Assembly: GCA_963719225.1 (NCBI GenBank)
Contig: CAVRAY010000001.1
Coordinates: 2,720,001-2,784,000 of the forward strand
Direction of reading: 5' to 3'
Origin: Thermoanaerobaculia bacterium
Lineage (GTDB): Bacteria; Acidobacteriota; Thermoanaerobaculia; UBA5066
Length of the DNA stretch: 64,000 nt
Of the stretch, positions 10,369 to 19,473 are shown one piece after another (position 1 is the first letter of the stretch; every line of letters begins with the position of its first letter). The notes beneath the pieces are model-generated. The model did no database searches and was not told where the DNA came from. It worked only from the letters and a program-made list of their open reading frames with translations. Both the position numbers and the translations under genes were made by a program.

Positions 10369-10931
10369 TCGCGCGAGGTTCTCAGGCGTTGGAACGCTCG
10401 CGCCCGGTGCGAGCCGTTGTTCTTCTCTTCTTCGCTCATCTCCGCCCAGGTCCTCGTGTCGCCCCTCGGGATGAAGAGCACGTCCCAGCCGAAGCCGTTC
10501 GTGCCGCGCGGGTGGAGTGCGATGGAGCCGCGGACGCGCCCTTCCGCGACGACGACGTCGCCGGAGTCTTGTCCGGGCCGCGCGACCGCGAGGACGGAAA
10601 CGGCCTCGGCGGACCGGTCGGTGAAGCCGTCCAGCATCTTCGCGAAGGCGTCGCAGCCCGCGGCTCCCGCCGTGATCCATTTCGTCAGTGGGCCGGGGAA
10701 GCCGCCCCAGGCATCGACCGCGAGTCCCGAGTCCTCGACGAGGACCGGGACACGGAGAGCACCCGCCGCGACGATCGCCTTGGCGCGGGCCACCTCGGCG
10801 AAGTCGAGGGACTGGATCTCGGGAATCTCGACGTCCTTCACCGCGACCTCCCGCCCCAGAAACACCGCCGCCTCGCGCGCCTTGCCCGCGTTCGAGGTCA
10901 CGAACATCAGTCCTGCGAGCGCGTCCGTCAC
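10356..10931 (-). CDS. rdgB: Non-canonical purine NTP pyrophosphatase (HAM1/RdgB)
   Basis: GTG start 10931; FVTSNAGK, EDSGL, GFPGP, GFGWD..F, EKN..SHR. Confidence 0.9.
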   Translation of the reverse strand: MTDALAGLMFVTSNAGKAREAAVFLGREVAVKDVEIPEIQSLDFAEVARAKAIVAAGALRVPVLVEDSGLAVDAWGGFPGPLTKWITAGAAGCDAFAKMLDGFTDRSAEAVSVLAVARPGQDSGDVVVAEGRVRGSIALHPRGTNGFGWDVLFIPRGDTRTWAEMSEEEKNNGSHRARAFQRLRTSREFLF

Positions 10932-12547
10932 CGCGGGCGAACCGGCGCGCCCTTCTCGTCGAGCTTCACGCGATACGCTTTCAGGCCTTTCGTGAGGCCC
11001 TTCAGGCGCTGTTCGCCGAGGGGCTCGAACACGAAGAACTCGCCCGCGAGCCGGGCCGTTTCCTCGCCGACGACGATCTCGTTCGGGCCGGCGACGTAGT
11101 CCTCGAGCCGCGCCGCCACGTTCACGGTGTTGCCGAGGACCGTGTAATCCACGCGCCGGTCGGACCCGATGTCGCCGACGACGGCGTGACCCGTATTGAC
11201 GCCCACGCGCACCGCGACTTTTCCCTCCCCGCGCCGGGCGCGCTCCGCGTTCCACGCGGTCAGGCTCTCGATGAGCCTCGCCGCCGCGGCCACCGCCCGG
11301 CGGGGATGGTCGGGCTGGCGGATCGGCGCACCGAAGAAGGCCATCACGGCGTCGCCGATGAACTTGTCGAGCGTCCCGCCCTGCTCGAAGATCGCGTCCG
11401 CCGCGAAGGTGAACACGGTCTCGAGAAAGCGCGACAGCTCTTCCGGAGCCATGCCCTCCGCGGCGGTCGAGAAGCCGACGATGTCCGCGAAGAAGACGCT
11501 CACGTCGCGCGTGCGCACTTTCTCGACGCCGGCGGGACCCTCGGAGACGATCTCCTCGACGACGCCCGGAGAGTGATAGCGCGCGAGACGCTCCCGGATG
11601 CGCTCCTCCTTCGCGACGCGGCCCTGCAGGCGCGCGCGCTCGATCGCGACCGCCGCGAAATTTCCGAGCGCGGTCAGGAGGTCGAGATCGTCCGCGGTGA
11701 AGGTGCCGGTCTTGAGGGGGGTGTCGACGTGAAGGGCGCCGATGACGTTCTCGCGGTTCCACAGCGGGACGCACATGGCGGACCGGATCTGCTGGATGCG
11801 GATCGACTGGCCGGCCTCGAAGCGATCGTCGGTCAGGGCGTCGGACGTCAGCACGGCCACGCGCTCGCGTACGACGGTCTCGACGATCGTGTGGGAGAAC
11901 GTCTCGGTCGACTCCGGTCCCGCGCGCCCTCGCTGGCGCGCGAGCGTCGCGACGAGCCGGCCCCCATCCTCGAGAAGAACGACGACGGCGCGCTCGGCCG
12001 GAAGGAAATCGAAGAGCAGGTCGACGACCTTCGAGAGGATCTGGTCGACGTCCGGCGCCTCGATGAGCGTGCGCGCCACCTGGACGAGGATCTCGAAGAT
12101 CTTTTCGCGCGCCTTTTCGGGCGGGGCCCGCCGCCCGGCGAGCGTTCCCCCGACGTCCGTGATCGCAGCGTCGAGGTTGAAGTCGCGGTTGAAATCGGCG
12201 ATCGAGCGGACGAACGTCGAGCTCGAGTCGCTGATCGACTTCGTGGCGACGCTCCTCGTCGTGGGCTGCTCGCGCACGTGAAGCGTAAAGGTGCCGACGG
12301 AGACGACGTCGTTCACCTTCAGGGGCGACTTGGCCGCGAACTCGCCGTTCACCTTGACGCCGTTCGTCGACTTCAGGTCTTCGACCGTCCAGACCCCCGC
12401 GCGTTCGGACAGGAGCGCATGCCGGCGCGACACGGAGAAGTCGTTCAGGACGATTCCGTTCTCGCTCGAGCGGCCGATGGACACGTCACCGCCGGAGAGT
12501 AGGAAACACCGGGTCTGCCCCTCGACCTCGTAGACGATCTCCAGCAT
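10928..12547 (-). CDS. FHA-GAF-class III adenylate/guanylate cyclase
   Basis: FHA (IGRS..SVSRRHA..STNG), GAF (SAMCVPL..GALHVD..FT.DDL), cyclase (FADIVGFS, DKFIGDAVM, DYTVLGNTVNVAARL). Confidence 0.92.
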   Translation of the reverse strand: MLEIVYEVEGQTRCFLLSGGDVSIGRSSENGIVLNDFSVSRRHALLSERAGVWTVEDLKSTNGVKVNGEFAAKSPLKVNDVVSVGTFTLHVREQPTTRSVATKSISDSSSTFVRSIADFNRDFNLDAAITDVGGTLAGRRAPPEKAREKIFEILVQVARTLIEAPDVDQILSKVVDLLFDFLPAERAVVVLLEDGGRLVATLARQRGRAGPESTETFSHTIVETVVRERVAVLTSDALTDDRFEAGQSIRIQQIRSAMCVPLWNRENVIGALHVDTPLKTGTFTADDLDLLTALGNFAAVAIERARLQGRVAKEERIRERLARYHSPGVVEEIVSEGPAGVEKVRTRDVSVFFADIVGFSTAAEGMAPEELSRFLETVFTFAADAIFEQGGTLDKFIGDAVMAFFGAPIRQPDHPRRAVAAAARLIESLTAWNAERARRGEGKVAVRVGVNTGHAVVGDIGSDRRVDYTVLGNTVNVAARLEDYVAGPNEIVVGEETARLAGEFFVFEPLGEQRLKGLTKGLKAYRVKLDEKGAPVRPR

Positions 12548-12601
12548 CGGCAGGACGGAGTTTATAAGGACCGGGTGAAGCCGCCGGTCCTGCCCGCCCG
12601 T

Positions 12602-13621
12602 TCAGTCGAGCGGAGGCTCGCGCTCTGGCGTTCGGGAAAAGCGCACGCGGACGACCTTCCAGACGGCCACCGGCTGGCCCGCGATCCGTGCCGGCCGGAA
12701 GGTCCATCGCCGCACGGCGTCGCCGGCCGCCTCCGTCATCCCGGCTGGCCCCGGAGAGATCACGTCGATCCGGCCCACGGTGCCGTTCGCCTCCACCACG
12801 ATGCGGAGGATGACTTCGCCGCTCAGATTCATCCGGCGCGCCGCCTCCGGGAACCGGGGATCCACGCGAGTCACGAGGACGGGTGGATCCGCTCCCTCGG
12901 GCAGCGAGGCGAGCGGGGTGCGCGAGAAAGCAGCCGCGGAAATCGGGAATGCCGGCGTCGTCGATACCGCCGGGACTCCGGGCGGCGACATCTGCGCGCC
13001 GGTTCCCCCGGGGCCATCGGAAGGTGCGAGCGGCTGGACCTCCGGCACGATGCCGCGCCCGCCGGGCCCCGACGCAAGGGCCGGGACGGCAGAGGGAAGC
13101 AGGCGTATGGATCGCGCCGGGACGAACGCGAGGATCCTCCCCGCGAGGCGGACGCCGAAGAAATCGTGGTCCGCCAGCACGACATCGACGTTCTCGCCGT
13201 CATCGAGGGTGCCCCACCGCGCCGCGCCGTAGTCGGGGGCGAGCAGGATCGGGCAGGATTCGACCGCGCGCGCCGGCTGGGGAGCGAAAGCCGCGACGGC
13301 GGCCGCTCTCTTTTCGCGCGCCGCACGGTCGGCCATCCGCTCGAAGGAATCGGCGGGAATCCAGACGTCGCGGCCCTCGGCCACGACGTGGACGTGGTCC
13401 CCGAGAGGCTCGCGCACCTTGAGCGCCGCTCCCCGCGGCAGCGTCAGCGCGGCGGCGGCCTTCGGCTCCGCCGAAACGCGTGCCGTCACCCGTTCGAGCG
13501 TCACGACGGCTCGATCGTCGGGCGGCCCGACCGGGGACAGGGCTGCCGGGCGGCTCTTCCGGCAGGCGCCGACGAGCACGAGCACACCGCAGGCGGCAGC
13601 GAGCGCGACCTTGCGCCTCAG
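12602..13621 (-). CDS. Lipoprotein with SH3b-like segments and a C-terminal TonB domain
   Basis: RRKVALAAACGVLVLVGA-C lipobox; Pro/Gly linker; TonB_C (P.FPEAARR..SGEVILRIVVEANG.V...AVRRWTFRPA...GQPV). CTG start inferred. Confidence 0.75.
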   Translation of the reverse strand: MRRKVALAAACGVLVLVGACRKSRPAALSPVGPPDDRAVVTLERVTARVSAEPKAAAALTLPRGAALKVREPLGDHVHVVAEGRDVWIPADSFERMADRAAREKRAAAVAAFAPQPARAVESCPILLAPDYGAARWGTLDDGENVDVVLADHDFFGVRLAGRILAFVPARSIRLLPSAVPALASGPGGRGIVPEVQPLAPSDGPGGTGAQMSPPGVPAVSTTPAFPISAAAFSRTPLASLPEGADPPVLVTRVDPRFPEAARRMNLSGEVILRIVVEANGTVGRIDVISPGPAGMTEAAGDAVRRWTFRPARIAGQPVAVWKVVRVRFSRTPEREPPLD

Positions 13622-14541
13622 AGGCGGCCCATCAGCGTGGCGAGAATCGCCTTCTGGACGTGGAGGCGATTCTCCGCCTCGTCGAAAATGACGGAGCGCG
13701 GCCCGTCGCAGACCTCGGCGGCCACTTCCTCGCCGCGATGCGCGGGGAGGCAATGCATGAACACCGCATCGGGATGAGCTCGGGCGAGAAGCTCGGTCGT
13801 GACGGTCCATCCTGCGAAATCGCGCGCGCGCTTTTGCTGCTCGGCTTCCTGCCCCATCGAAGCCCACACGTCGGTGTAAACGACGTGCGCCCCCTCGACC
13901 GCTTCCTCCTTCGAATGCGTCAGGAGGAGCGTCGTCCCCGCCGCGGCGGCGTCGGCCCGCGCGTTCGCGGTGACGGTCGCGTCCGGCTCGTAGCCCTTCG
14001 GCGTCGCGACGGCCACGTTCACCGAGCACTTCGGCCCTCCGTACATCAACGAGTGCGCCATGTTGTTCCCGTCGCCGACGTACGCGAGCCTGAGAGAGGC
14101 CAGCTTTCCGAACCTCTCGCTCATCGTGAAGTAATCGGCGAGGGCCTGGCAGGGGTGGAGGAGGTCCGTGAGTCCATTGACGACGGGGACCGTCGCGTGG
14201 CGGGCGAGAGACAGGACGGTTTCGTGGGCGAACGTGCGAGCCATGATGCCGTTCACGTAGCGCGAGAGGACGCGGGCCGTGTCGGCGATGGGCTCTCCCC
14301 GCCCGAGCTGGATGTCGCGCGACGAGAGGAACTGCGCGGCGCCCCCGAGCTGCGTCATCCCCGCCTCGAACGAGACGCGCGTCCGCGTGGACGACTTCTC
14401 GAAGATCATCGCGAGGATCTTTCCGCTGAGCGCCGTCCGAAACTCGGCCGGGCGCGCCTTCATCCGCGCGGCGAGGGCGAAGAGCGCCGCGACGTCGGCG
14501 GCGGTCAGGTCGTGGATCGAGACGAGGTCCTTCTCGAGCAT
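13618..14541 (-). CDS. argF: Ornithine carbamoyltransferase
   Basis: FEKSSTRTR, HPCQALAD, GDGNN, DVWASMG, HCLPAHRG. Confidence 0.96.
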   Translation of the reverse strand: MLEKDLVSIHDLTAADVAALFALAARMKARPAEFRTALSGKILAMIFEKSSTRTRVSFEAGMTQLGGAAQFLSSRDIQLGRGEPIADTARVLSRYVNGIMARTFAHETVLSLARHATVPVVNGLTDLLHPCQALADYFTMSERFGKLASLRLAYVGDGNNMAHSLMYGGPKCSVNVAVATPKGYEPDATVTANARADAAAAGTTLLLTHSKEEAVEGAHVVYTDVWASMGQEAEQQKRARDFAGWTVTTELLARAHPDAVFMHCLPAHRGEEVAAEVCDGPRSVIFDEAENRLHVQKAILATLMGRL

Positions 14542-14551
14542 GTCTTCCCTT

Positions 14552-15835
14552 TTACACCGGATCGCGCACGAGCGGCATGGTCATGCAGCGCGGCCCGCCG
14601 CGTGCCCGCGACAGCTCCGGCGCCGAGAGCAGGATCGCGTGCTTGCCGGGCTTTCTCGGGTCGAGCGTCTCTCGTCCCAGCAGGAGATCGTCGTCCGCGA
14701 CGACCGCGTATCCCTCGCGCGCGAGGGACTCGGCCGTGCGCTCGTTTCGGTCGTAGCAGAGGATGATCCCGGGCGCGAGCGCGAAGACGTTTGCCCCGTC
14801 CGTCCACTGCTCGCGCTGCTGGTCGATCGGATCGGAGCCGCCGCAGAGGATGGGAACGAGGTCGATGCCGAGGGCCTTGAGCGCCGACAGGAGGTCCTCC
14901 CTGGTCGTCCACGTGATCTCACGCGCCGTGAGGTCGGCCTCGTACACGTCGGCCTCCTCGGCGCCGCCGGAAAGGATCATCGGCCCGTAGCAGAGACACT
15001 CGCCGGCCGAGATGCGCGTGAACACCGTATCGAGGTGCATCGTCGCGCGCTGGGGAGGAATGGCCACGACGAGGATCTTCCTCACCCGCGAGCCTTCCCG
15101 CTTCAGGGCTTCGGCAAGGCGTTCGATGGTCGTCTTCTCGGTCCGCTCCGAGTAGCCGATCACGAGCACCTCGTCGGAGAGGACGAGGACGTCCCCTCCT
15201 TCGAGCGTGGGCCTCATGCGCGCCCAGGCGAGGTCGCGCCCTTCGCCCGCGGCGAACTCCTGGAACCAGAAGCGCGGCTCCGGTCCGGCGAACCGGGGAT
15301 GCCGGGCGAAGACCGCCCCGGACAGCAGCGGCTCCCGCCAGCGCGCGCGGGTCGCCATCGAACCCCTCACGACGCGGTCTCCCACGACGGTGGCGGGATC
15401 GCGCTGGAAAAACCAGTTCGGGAGCGGCGGCAGGAGGTACAGGGAGTCGAGAGAGTCGGAGATCGTGGGCTCGGCGCGCTCGACTCCTTCCACGAGGCCC
15501 GCCGCGAGCCGGCCGGCGGGAAGGTCGTTCAGCGCGAGGAGGACCGCGGGCGGCCAGGCGAGGAGCCGCCCGAGCTCCGAGAGCACTTCGTTGCGAGCGT
15601 CGGGATCGCGAAGGACTTCCTCGAGGAGCTCCTGGACGTCGATCACCTCGTCCGCCACGAAGCGGAGCACCTGGCGGAACCGCCGGTGCTCCTCGCGCGC
15701 CCGGGCTCCGAACAGGATGTCGTCGAAGAGGAGGTCCTGCATCATCGAGGGCACCATCCGGTCGATCTCGCGACCGGGCTCGTGAACGAGGACCGAGCGC
15801 AGGCGCCCGATCTCGGAGTCGACACGGAGGGTCAT
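14552..15835 (-). CDS. arcA: Arginine deiminase
   Basis: SEIGRLRSVLVHEPG, LLFDDI, PN.FFQRD, EGGD, MHLDTVF, EQWTDGAN, ELSRARGGPRCMT. Confidence 0.95.
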   Translation of the reverse strand: MTLRVDSEIGRLRSVLVHEPGREIDRMVPSMMQDLLFDDILFGARAREEHRRFRQVLRFVADEVIDVQELLEEVLRDPDARNEVLSELGRLLAWPPAVLLALNDLPAGRLAAGLVEGVERAEPTISDSLDSLYLLPPLPNWFFQRDPATVVGDRVVRGSMATRARWREPLLSGAVFARHPRFAGPEPRFWFQEFAAGEGRDLAWARMRPTLEGGDVLVLSDEVLVIGYSERTEKTTIERLAEALKREGSRVRKILVVAIPPQRATMHLDTVFTRISAGECLCYGPMILSGGAEEADVYEADLTAREITWTTREDLLSALKALGIDLVPILCGGSDPIDQQREQWTDGANVFALAPGIILCYDRNERTAESLAREGYAVVADDDLLLGRETLDPRKPGKHAILLSAPELSRARGGPRCMTMPLVRDPV

Positions 15836-15900
15836 GGCGGTCTCGAACGGCGGCTCGGGCCGCCGCCGGGATGCTAACCTGAACGCCGAAGGATCGCGCC

Positions 15901-16062
15901 GTGGAGGATGTCGAGTTCATCGTCTGTCTCAACTGCGACACGCCGTGCTACTTCTTCGAGTACGAAGAGGCGAAGGGGATCACGAGCGCGTTCTGCAACG
16001 TGTGCGGAAACGACGAAACAAAGGAGTTCCGCCTTCCCACGGACGACGAGATCGAGGAGTGA
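15901..16062 (+). CDS. Small acidic zinc-ribbon-like protein (53 aa)
   Basis: Manual translation MEDVEFIVCLNCDTPCYFFEYEEAKGITSAFCNVCGNDETKEFRLPTDDEIEE; two CxxC; AAGGA upstream; ends 5 bp before purB. Confidence 0.8.
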   Translation: MEDVEFIVCLNCDTPCYFFEYEEAKGITSAFCNVCGNDETKEFRLPTDDEIEE

Positions 16063-16067
16063 GCCAG

Positions 16068-17522
16068 GTGAGCGACTCCCCCATCGACCGGTATGAAAAC
16101 CCGCTCACGAGCCGGTATGCGTCCGCCGAGATGTCCGCCCTGTTCTCGGCGCGGTCGAAATTCACGACGTGGCGCAAGCTCTGGCTCTGGCTCGCCGAGG
16201 CGGAGCGGGAGCTCGGGCTCCCGATCCCCGAGGCCTCTCTCGACGCGCTCCGCGCCCACCTCGTCCCGACCGAAGCCGAGCTCGCCGCCGCCGACGGGTA
16301 CGAGCGCGAGACGAAGCACGACGTCATGGCGCACCTCCACGCCCTCGGCGACGTCGCTCCCGCGGCGCGCGGGGTTCTGCACCTCGGCGCGACCTCGGCT
16401 TTCGTGGGCGACAACGCCGACCTCCTCCTCCTGCGCACCGCCCTGCGTCTCCTCGCGAAGCGCACGGTGCGCGTCATGGGACGCCTGGCGCGGTTCGCGC
16501 GCACGTACCGCGACCTCCCCTGCCTCGGATTCACGCACTTCCAGGCCGCGCAGCCCACCACGGTCGGCAAGCGCGCGTGCCTCTGGCTCCAGGACCTCGC
16601 TCTCGACCACCGCGAGCTCGTCCGGCGCGCCGACGAGCTGCGCTTTCTGGGCTGCAAGGGAGCCACGGGCACGCAGGCGTCGTTCGTGGCGCTCTTCGAC
16701 GGCGACGCCGACAAGGCCGAGCGCCTGGACCGCCTCGTGGCCCAGAAGGCGGGCTTCACGGACCGCCTCCTGATCTCCGGCCAGACGTACACGCGCAAGC
16801 AGGACGCCCTCGTGCTTTCGGCGCTCGCCGGCCTCGCGGCTTCGGCCTCGAAGTTCGGCAACGACGTCCGGCTGCTTCAGCACCTCAAGGAGGTCGAAGA
16901 GCCTTTCGGCAAGAAGCAGGTCGGCTCGTCGGCGATGCCCTACAAGCGCAACCCCATGAAGAGCGAGAGGATGAACGCGCTCGCGCGCTGGCTGCTTTCG
17001 ATCTCGGACAACGGCAACTGGACGCACGCGACGCAGTGGTTCGAGCGGACTCTCGACGACTCCGCGAACCGGCGACTCGCGCTCGCCGAATCCTTCCTCT
17101 CGGCCGACTCGATCCTCCTCCTCTGGGACGCGGTGACGGACGGGCTGGTCGTCCATCCCACCGTCGTGAGGCGCCGCCTCGACGCCGAGCTGCCCTTTCT
17201 GGCCACGGAAAACATCCTCATGGCGGCGGCCAAGAAGGGCGGCGACCGGCAGGCTCTCCACGAGAGGCTGCGCGTCCTCGCGCAGGCCGCGGGCGACCGC
17301 ATGAAGGCCGAGGGCGGTGAAAACGATCTCCTGTTCCGCATCGCGGGCGATCCGGCGTTCGGCCTCACGCCGGCCGAGGTCATCGCGGCCTCCGAGCCGG
17401 CGCGGTTCATCGGGCGCGCTCCGGAGCAGGTGGACGAGTTCCTCGATGTCGAGATCGAGCCCATCCTCGCGACGGACCCCGAGGCCGCCTCCGGCGAGAC
17501 GCGCGAAGAGGTTCGCGTCTGA
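16068..17522 (+). CDS. purB: Adenylosuccinate lyase
   Basis: GTG 16068; YENPLTSRYAS.EM, HDVMAH, HLGATS, GFTHFQ.AQ, GSSAMPYKRNP, ERTLDDSANRR. Confidence 0.97.
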   Translation: MSDSPIDRYENPLTSRYASAEMSALFSARSKFTTWRKLWLWLAEAERELGLPIPEASLDALRAHLVPTEAELAAADGYERETKHDVMAHLHALGDVAPAARGVLHLGATSAFVGDNADLLLLRTALRLLAKRTVRVMGRLARFARTYRDLPCLGFTHFQAAQPTTVGKRACLWLQDLALDHRELVRRADELRFLGCKGATGTQASFVALFDGDADKAERLDRLVAQKAGFTDRLLISGQTYTRKQDALVLSALAGLAASASKFGNDVRLLQHLKEVEEPFGKKQVGSSAMPYKRNPMKSERMNALARWLLSISDNGNWTHATQWFERTLDDSANRRLALAESFLSADSILLLWDAVTDGLVVHPTVVRRRLDAELPFLATENILMAAAKKGGDRQALHERLRVLAQAAGDRMKAEGGENDLLFRIAGDPAFGLTPAEVIAASEPARFIGRAPEQVDEFLDVEIEPILATDPEAASGETREEVRV

Positions 17523-17690
17523 AGAGAAGAAAAGAAAAAACATTTTGTTTCGGAAATAGAAGAGGAAGAGGGATTTTCTTAGAAGGTGAATGAGCTGGCT
17601 GCCCGCCGCGCAATCGACGCTCAACGGCGCCGCCCGCGCCGCGCCCTATTCACTTTCAAAGAAATCTTCTCGTCTCTTTTTGTCTTGATC
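17521..17690. repeat. Dispersed motif cluster 2: purine tract, convergent motif pair, pyrimidine tract
   Basis: GATTTTCTTAGAAGGTGAAT (17572-17591) and inverted ATTCACTTTCAAAGAAATC (17648-17666). Confidence 0.8.
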
Positions 17691-18341
17691 CTCATCGCCT
17701 GCTCATCACAACCGCGGCCCGCACCGCAGACAACTTCTCTCGCCCCCCCTTCCGCAGAGCGCGGGCTCGCGTCGTGGTACGGGAAGGAATTCGACGGGCT
17801 TCCGACGGCTTCGGGCGAGACGTTCCGGCCCGAGAAGATCTCCGCCGCGCACCGCACGCTGCCGCTCGGCACGGTCGTGGACGTGACGAACGAGAAGAAC
17901 GGAAAGACCGTGCGCGTGAAGATCAACGACCGCGGCCCGTTCGTCGCCGGCCGCATCGTGGACCTTTCGAAGGCAGCCGCGCACGAGATTGCGTCCGTCG
18001 GAGACGGCGTCGTCCCCGTCACGCTTCGCGTCGTGTCGCTCGGAGACAACTTCCGCGTTCGTGCCGGCTCCGACGAGCCGCCCCCCGTGACCGCCGCGAA
18101 CACGGCGACGCGTTCCGAGCCCGGCGCATTCGCCGTGCAGGCCGGCGCGTTCGGAGACGAGGCGAATGCGGTCCGGCTGCGCAACCGACTCGCCGCGCGC
18201 TACCCGAACCCCTTCATCGAGGAATACCAGGGACTCAAGCGCGTGAAGTTCGGTCCTTACCGGACGCGTGAAGAGGCCGATGCCGCGCGGGAATCTCTCG
18301 GCGACATGGGTCTCGCCGGCGTCGTCGTGATCTACCGGTAG
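17586..18341 (+). CDS. rlpA: Septal lytic transglycosylase RlpA (lipoprotein, DPBB plus SPOR)
   Basis: LIA-C lipobox; GLASWYG..F.G..TASGE, AAHRTLP.G, INDRGPF, VQAGAF; start uncertain. Confidence 0.93.
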   Translation: MNELAARRAIDAQRRRPRRALFTFKEIFSSLFVLILIACSSQPRPAPQTTSLAPPSAERGLASWYGKEFDGLPTASGETFRPEKISAAHRTLPLGTVVDVTNEKNGKTVRVKINDRGPFVAGRIVDLSKAAAHEIASVGDGVVPVTLRVVSLGDNFRVRAGSDEPPPVTAANTATRSEPGAFAVQAGAFGDEANAVRLRNRLAARYPNPFIEEYQGLKRVKFGPYRTREEADAARESLGDMGLAGVVVIYR

Positions 18342-18347
18342 ATTCCT

Positions 18348-19469
18348 TCAGCGCCCGCGCATCGGCCGCTGGAACGCGCTCCGGACGAGACGGTCGAGAA
18401 GCTTCGGAAGCGGCAGCCCCGTGGCTTCCCACAGCTTCGGGAACATCGAGATGGGGGTGAAGCCCGGCAGGGAGTTGATCTCGTTCACGAGCAACCGGTG
18501 CGTGCCGCGCTCGAGGAAGAAGTCGACGCGCGCGAAGCCGGCGCCGCCGAGGACGTCGAACGCGCGCACCGCGAGCGCCCGCACCTCGTCGCGGAACGAT
18601 TCGGGCAGATCGCACGGGATGATCGAACGCGAAAGCGTGCCGATGTACTTGTCCTCGTAGTCGTAGAACTCGCGGCCCGGCACGATCTCACCGGGAAGGG
18701 AAGCCTCCGTCGGCCGGCCGGCCTCGCCCTCGAGGACCGAACATTCGATTTCGCGGGCATCGACGCCCTGCTCCGCCAGGACGCGCCCATCCACGAGAAA
18801 CGCCTCCTCGACCGCGGGCGCCAAGCCCGCTTCGGACTTGACCTTCGAGACGCCCACCGACGAGCCGGCGCACGAGGGCTTCACGAAAAGCGGAAACCCA
18901 AGGCGGCTCGCGCGATGCACGATCGACGCGTGGCTCTCTTCCGCCTTCCACTCGGCGCGGGAAAACGCGACGTACGGTACCTGGGGCAGGCCGGCCGCGC
19001 CGAACGCGGCCTTCATGAAGATCTTGTCCATGCCGACGGCCGAGGCCGCGACGCCGAAGCCCACGTACGGGATGCCGAGCGACTCCAGAAGCCCCTGCAG
19101 CACGCCGTCCTCGCCGAACGTCCCGTGCACGATCGGAAAGAGCACCTCGGCTCCCGCTTCGTGCCAGGCGGAGAAGAACGAATCCACGATCTCCGAAGTC
19201 CGCGCCGCCTTGCTGCCCGGCTTGACGCCGTCGAGGAGCAGCTCCTTCGAAGGGCGGGAGAGCTGACGTTCGAGCTCGGTTTTCGACGCGGAAGGCGCGT
19301 GCCACAGCGCGTCTTTCCCGACGAAGAGCGGGATCGCCTCGTACGTGTCCTTGGGGAGATTCTCGAGAAGACACGCCGCCGAGACGAACGACACGCCGTG
19401 CTCGCGCGACGGGCCGCCGAAGACGACGCCGACGCGTCGGCGCGCGCGGACGCGGGGCGCCGAGCTCAC
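18348..19469 (-). CDS. ddl: D-alanine--D-alanine ligase
   Basis: FGGPSREHGVS, HGTFGEDG.LQG, MDK, FVKP..GSSVGV, FYDYEDKY, NEINSLPGFT. Confidence 0.97.
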   Translation of the reverse strand: MSSAPRVRARRRVGVVFGGPSREHGVSFVSAACLLENLPKDTYEAIPLFVGKDALWHAPSASKTELERQLSRPSKELLLDGVKPGSKAARTSEIVDSFFSAWHEAGAEVLFPIVHGTFGEDGVLQGLLESLGIPYVGFGVAASAVGMDKIFMKAAFGAAGLPQVPYVAFSRAEWKAEESHASIVHRASRLGFPLFVKPSCAGSSVGVSKVKSEAGLAPAVEEAFLVDGRVLAEQGVDAREIECSVLEGEAGRPTEASLPGEIVPGREFYDYEDKYIGTLSRSIIPCDLPESFRDEVRALAVRAFDVLGGAGFARVDFFLERGTHRLLVNEINSLPGFTPISMFPKLWEATGLPLPKLLDRLVRSAFQRPMRGR

Positions 19470-19473
19470 GCGC

